A stretch of 64,000 bases of DNA from Pseudomonas aeruginosa PAO1 (GTDB taxonomy: Bacteria > Pseudomonadota > Gammaproteobacteria > Pseudomonadales > Pseudomonadaceae), in NCBI RefSeq assembly GCF_000006765.1, contig NC_002516.2. The stretch is one strand, 5' to 3'. The notes under the pieces are model-generated. The model saw only the letters and a list, made by a program, of their open reading frames with translations. It was not told the DNA's origin and searched no databases. Position numbers and translations under genes: made by a program. Shown here in pieces: positions 62,681-64,000 of the stretch; the stretch's first letter is position 1; each line of letters begins with the position of its first letter.

Positions 62681-64000
62681 TCAGAAGGTCAGCGTGCCCA
62701 GGCCCATGCCCGGGTCGCTGAAGCCGGAGCGACCATCTTCCATGCGACCGCTGAAACGCCGCAGGAAGCTGTCCGCCCCCTGCGCGCTGACGCTGAAGTC
62801 GTACCAGTTGCCGCTGCTGCGCAGCGAATAGCGGACTTCCCGGCGCTGTCCCGGCGGCACGTTGACGGTACGCCGCTCGCCCTGGCGATAGACGTTGTCC
62901 TTGACCGTCAGCTTGACCGGATGGCGGCCACGGTTGATCAGTTGCACGCGCAGGTTGCCGAACAGCGGCTCGTAGTCGATCCGCACTTCCGGCAGCGGCG
63001 CCTTGCGCTCCGCCAGGTCGCGCCGCAGGTTGCCGCGAAAGACCCGGAGGAAACCGTTCGGACCGTGCACTTCCAGGTGGTAGTCGCCGCTGGCGTCGCC
63101 CTGGAAGCTGTCGTGCAGGCGCTTGCGCGCGCCGACGGTGTAGCGTTTCGGCGGGTTCTCGCTGTCGAGCAGGTCGAACACCTGGAACACCGCGCCGGCC
63201 TTGCCGGTGTTGGCGAAGGTCAGGCTCAGCGCATCTCCGCCGCTGCGGTAGCGCGCATGCACGCCCAGCTCGTAGGGCAAGGCGCGGGCCGGACGGATGC
63301 CCATTTCCTGCTTGGGCATGGCGGCCACCGCCGGCGGCTTCGGCTTCGGCAGCTTGATCTGGCTGGCGACGATGGCGTCGGCCTGGCTGGTGTCGGGCAG
63401 TTCGGGGAACGGCTCGTTGTTCGGGTTGGCGAAGTTGAACGCCGAGGTCAGGTCGCCGCAGACGGCACGACGCCAGGGACTGATATTCGGCTCCATGACC
63501 CCGAAGCGCTGCTCCAGGAAGCGGATCACCGAGGTGTGGTCGAACACCTGGGAGTTGACCCAGCCGCCCTTGCTCCACGGCGAGATCACGTACATCGGCA
63601 CCCGCGGGCCGAGGCCGTAGGGCTGGTTGCGATAACGGATATCGCCCTTGGTGTGCCATTCGAGGGTGGCGTCGGCGGTGGTCTTGCCACGCAGCGTGCC
63701 GTCCTTGTTCAGGCTCGGCGCGGCCGGCGGGGCGACGTGGTCGAAGAAGCCGTCGTTCTCGTCGAACATCACCAGCAGCGCGGTCTTGCTCCAGACCTCC
63801 GGGTTGGCGGTCAGCGCGTCGAGTACCCAGGAAGTGTACTCGGCCCCCCAGATCGGGCTGGACGGGCCGGGGTGTTCGGAGTACTTGGCCGGGGCGACGA
63901 TCCAGGACACCTGCGGCAGGCTATTGGCCAGCACGTCGCGCTTCAGCGCATCGAGCTTCCAGGTGCTCAGGCCGTTGACGATCAGCGGCGAGTCAGGCGC
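62681..64000 (-). CDS. plcN: Non-hemolytic phospholipase C PlcN, C-terminal part (5' end lies beyond the window)
   Basis: SEHP, FDENDGFFDH, GLGPRVP, FDHTSV, WRRAVCGDLTSAF, plus two C-terminal DUF756 repeats. Confidence 0.92.
   Translation of the reverse strand, partial: APDSPLIVNGLSTWKLDALKRDVLANSLPQVSWIVAPAKYSEHPGPSSPIWGAEYTSWVLDALTANPEVWSKTALLVMFDENDGFFDHVAPPAAPSLNKDGTLRGKTTADATLEWHTKGDIRYRNQPYGLGPRVPMYVISPWSKGGWVNSQVFDHTSVIRFLEQRFGVMEPNISPWRRAVCGDLTSAFNFANPNNEPFPELPDTSQADAIVASQIKLPKPKPPAVAAMPKQEMGIRPARALPYELGVHARYRSGGDALSLTFANTGKAGAVFQVFDLLDSENPPKRYTVGARKRLHDSFQGDASGDYHLEVHGPNGFLRVFRGNLRRDLAERKAPLPEVRIDYEPLFGNLRVQLINRGRHPVKLTVKDNVYRQGERRTVNVPPGQRREVRYSLRSSGNWYDFSVSAQGADSFLRRFSGRMEDGRSGFSDPGMGLGTLTF

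Overview
This is Pseudomonas aeruginosa chromosomal DNA. From recall, the gene order matches PAO1 PA3268-PA3319; locus tags below are recalled, not database-verified. It is mostly core genome: an SLC5/STAC hybrid sensor kinase (MxtR), three SF2 helicases (Lhr, HrpA, RapA), Pho-regulon genes (oprP, oprO, phoA with clear Pho boxes, and the 3' part of plcN), fadD2-fadD1, phaJ1, the PhrS sRNA, uspK, nbdA, a lipid A pEtN-transferase paralogue, a FUSC efflux module and a PhnCDE-like ABC transporter. Two loci stand out. (1) A complete bufferin/HvfA-like RiPP metallophore operon: a precursor with five ExxCG motifs, an MNIO/DUF692 enzyme, DUF2063 and DoxX, with its own ECF-type promoter and an adjacent ECF sigma/ZAS anti-sigma pair. 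(2) An orphan T6SS island, vgrG-DUF4123-tli x3-tle1. There, an AT-rich cassette has breakpoints inside genes, and two single-base homopolymer slips fuse the first immunity gene to the second and break the second. Smaller novelties are an apparent orphan TIGR02574-type antitoxin, a secreted protein with a GGH-x3-H nuclease-like motif, a 53-aa basic ORF coupled to alkB, and candidate ColR, tandem ANR and MarR/SlyA operators. No CRISPR array, IS element, prophage, rRNA or tRNA was seen.
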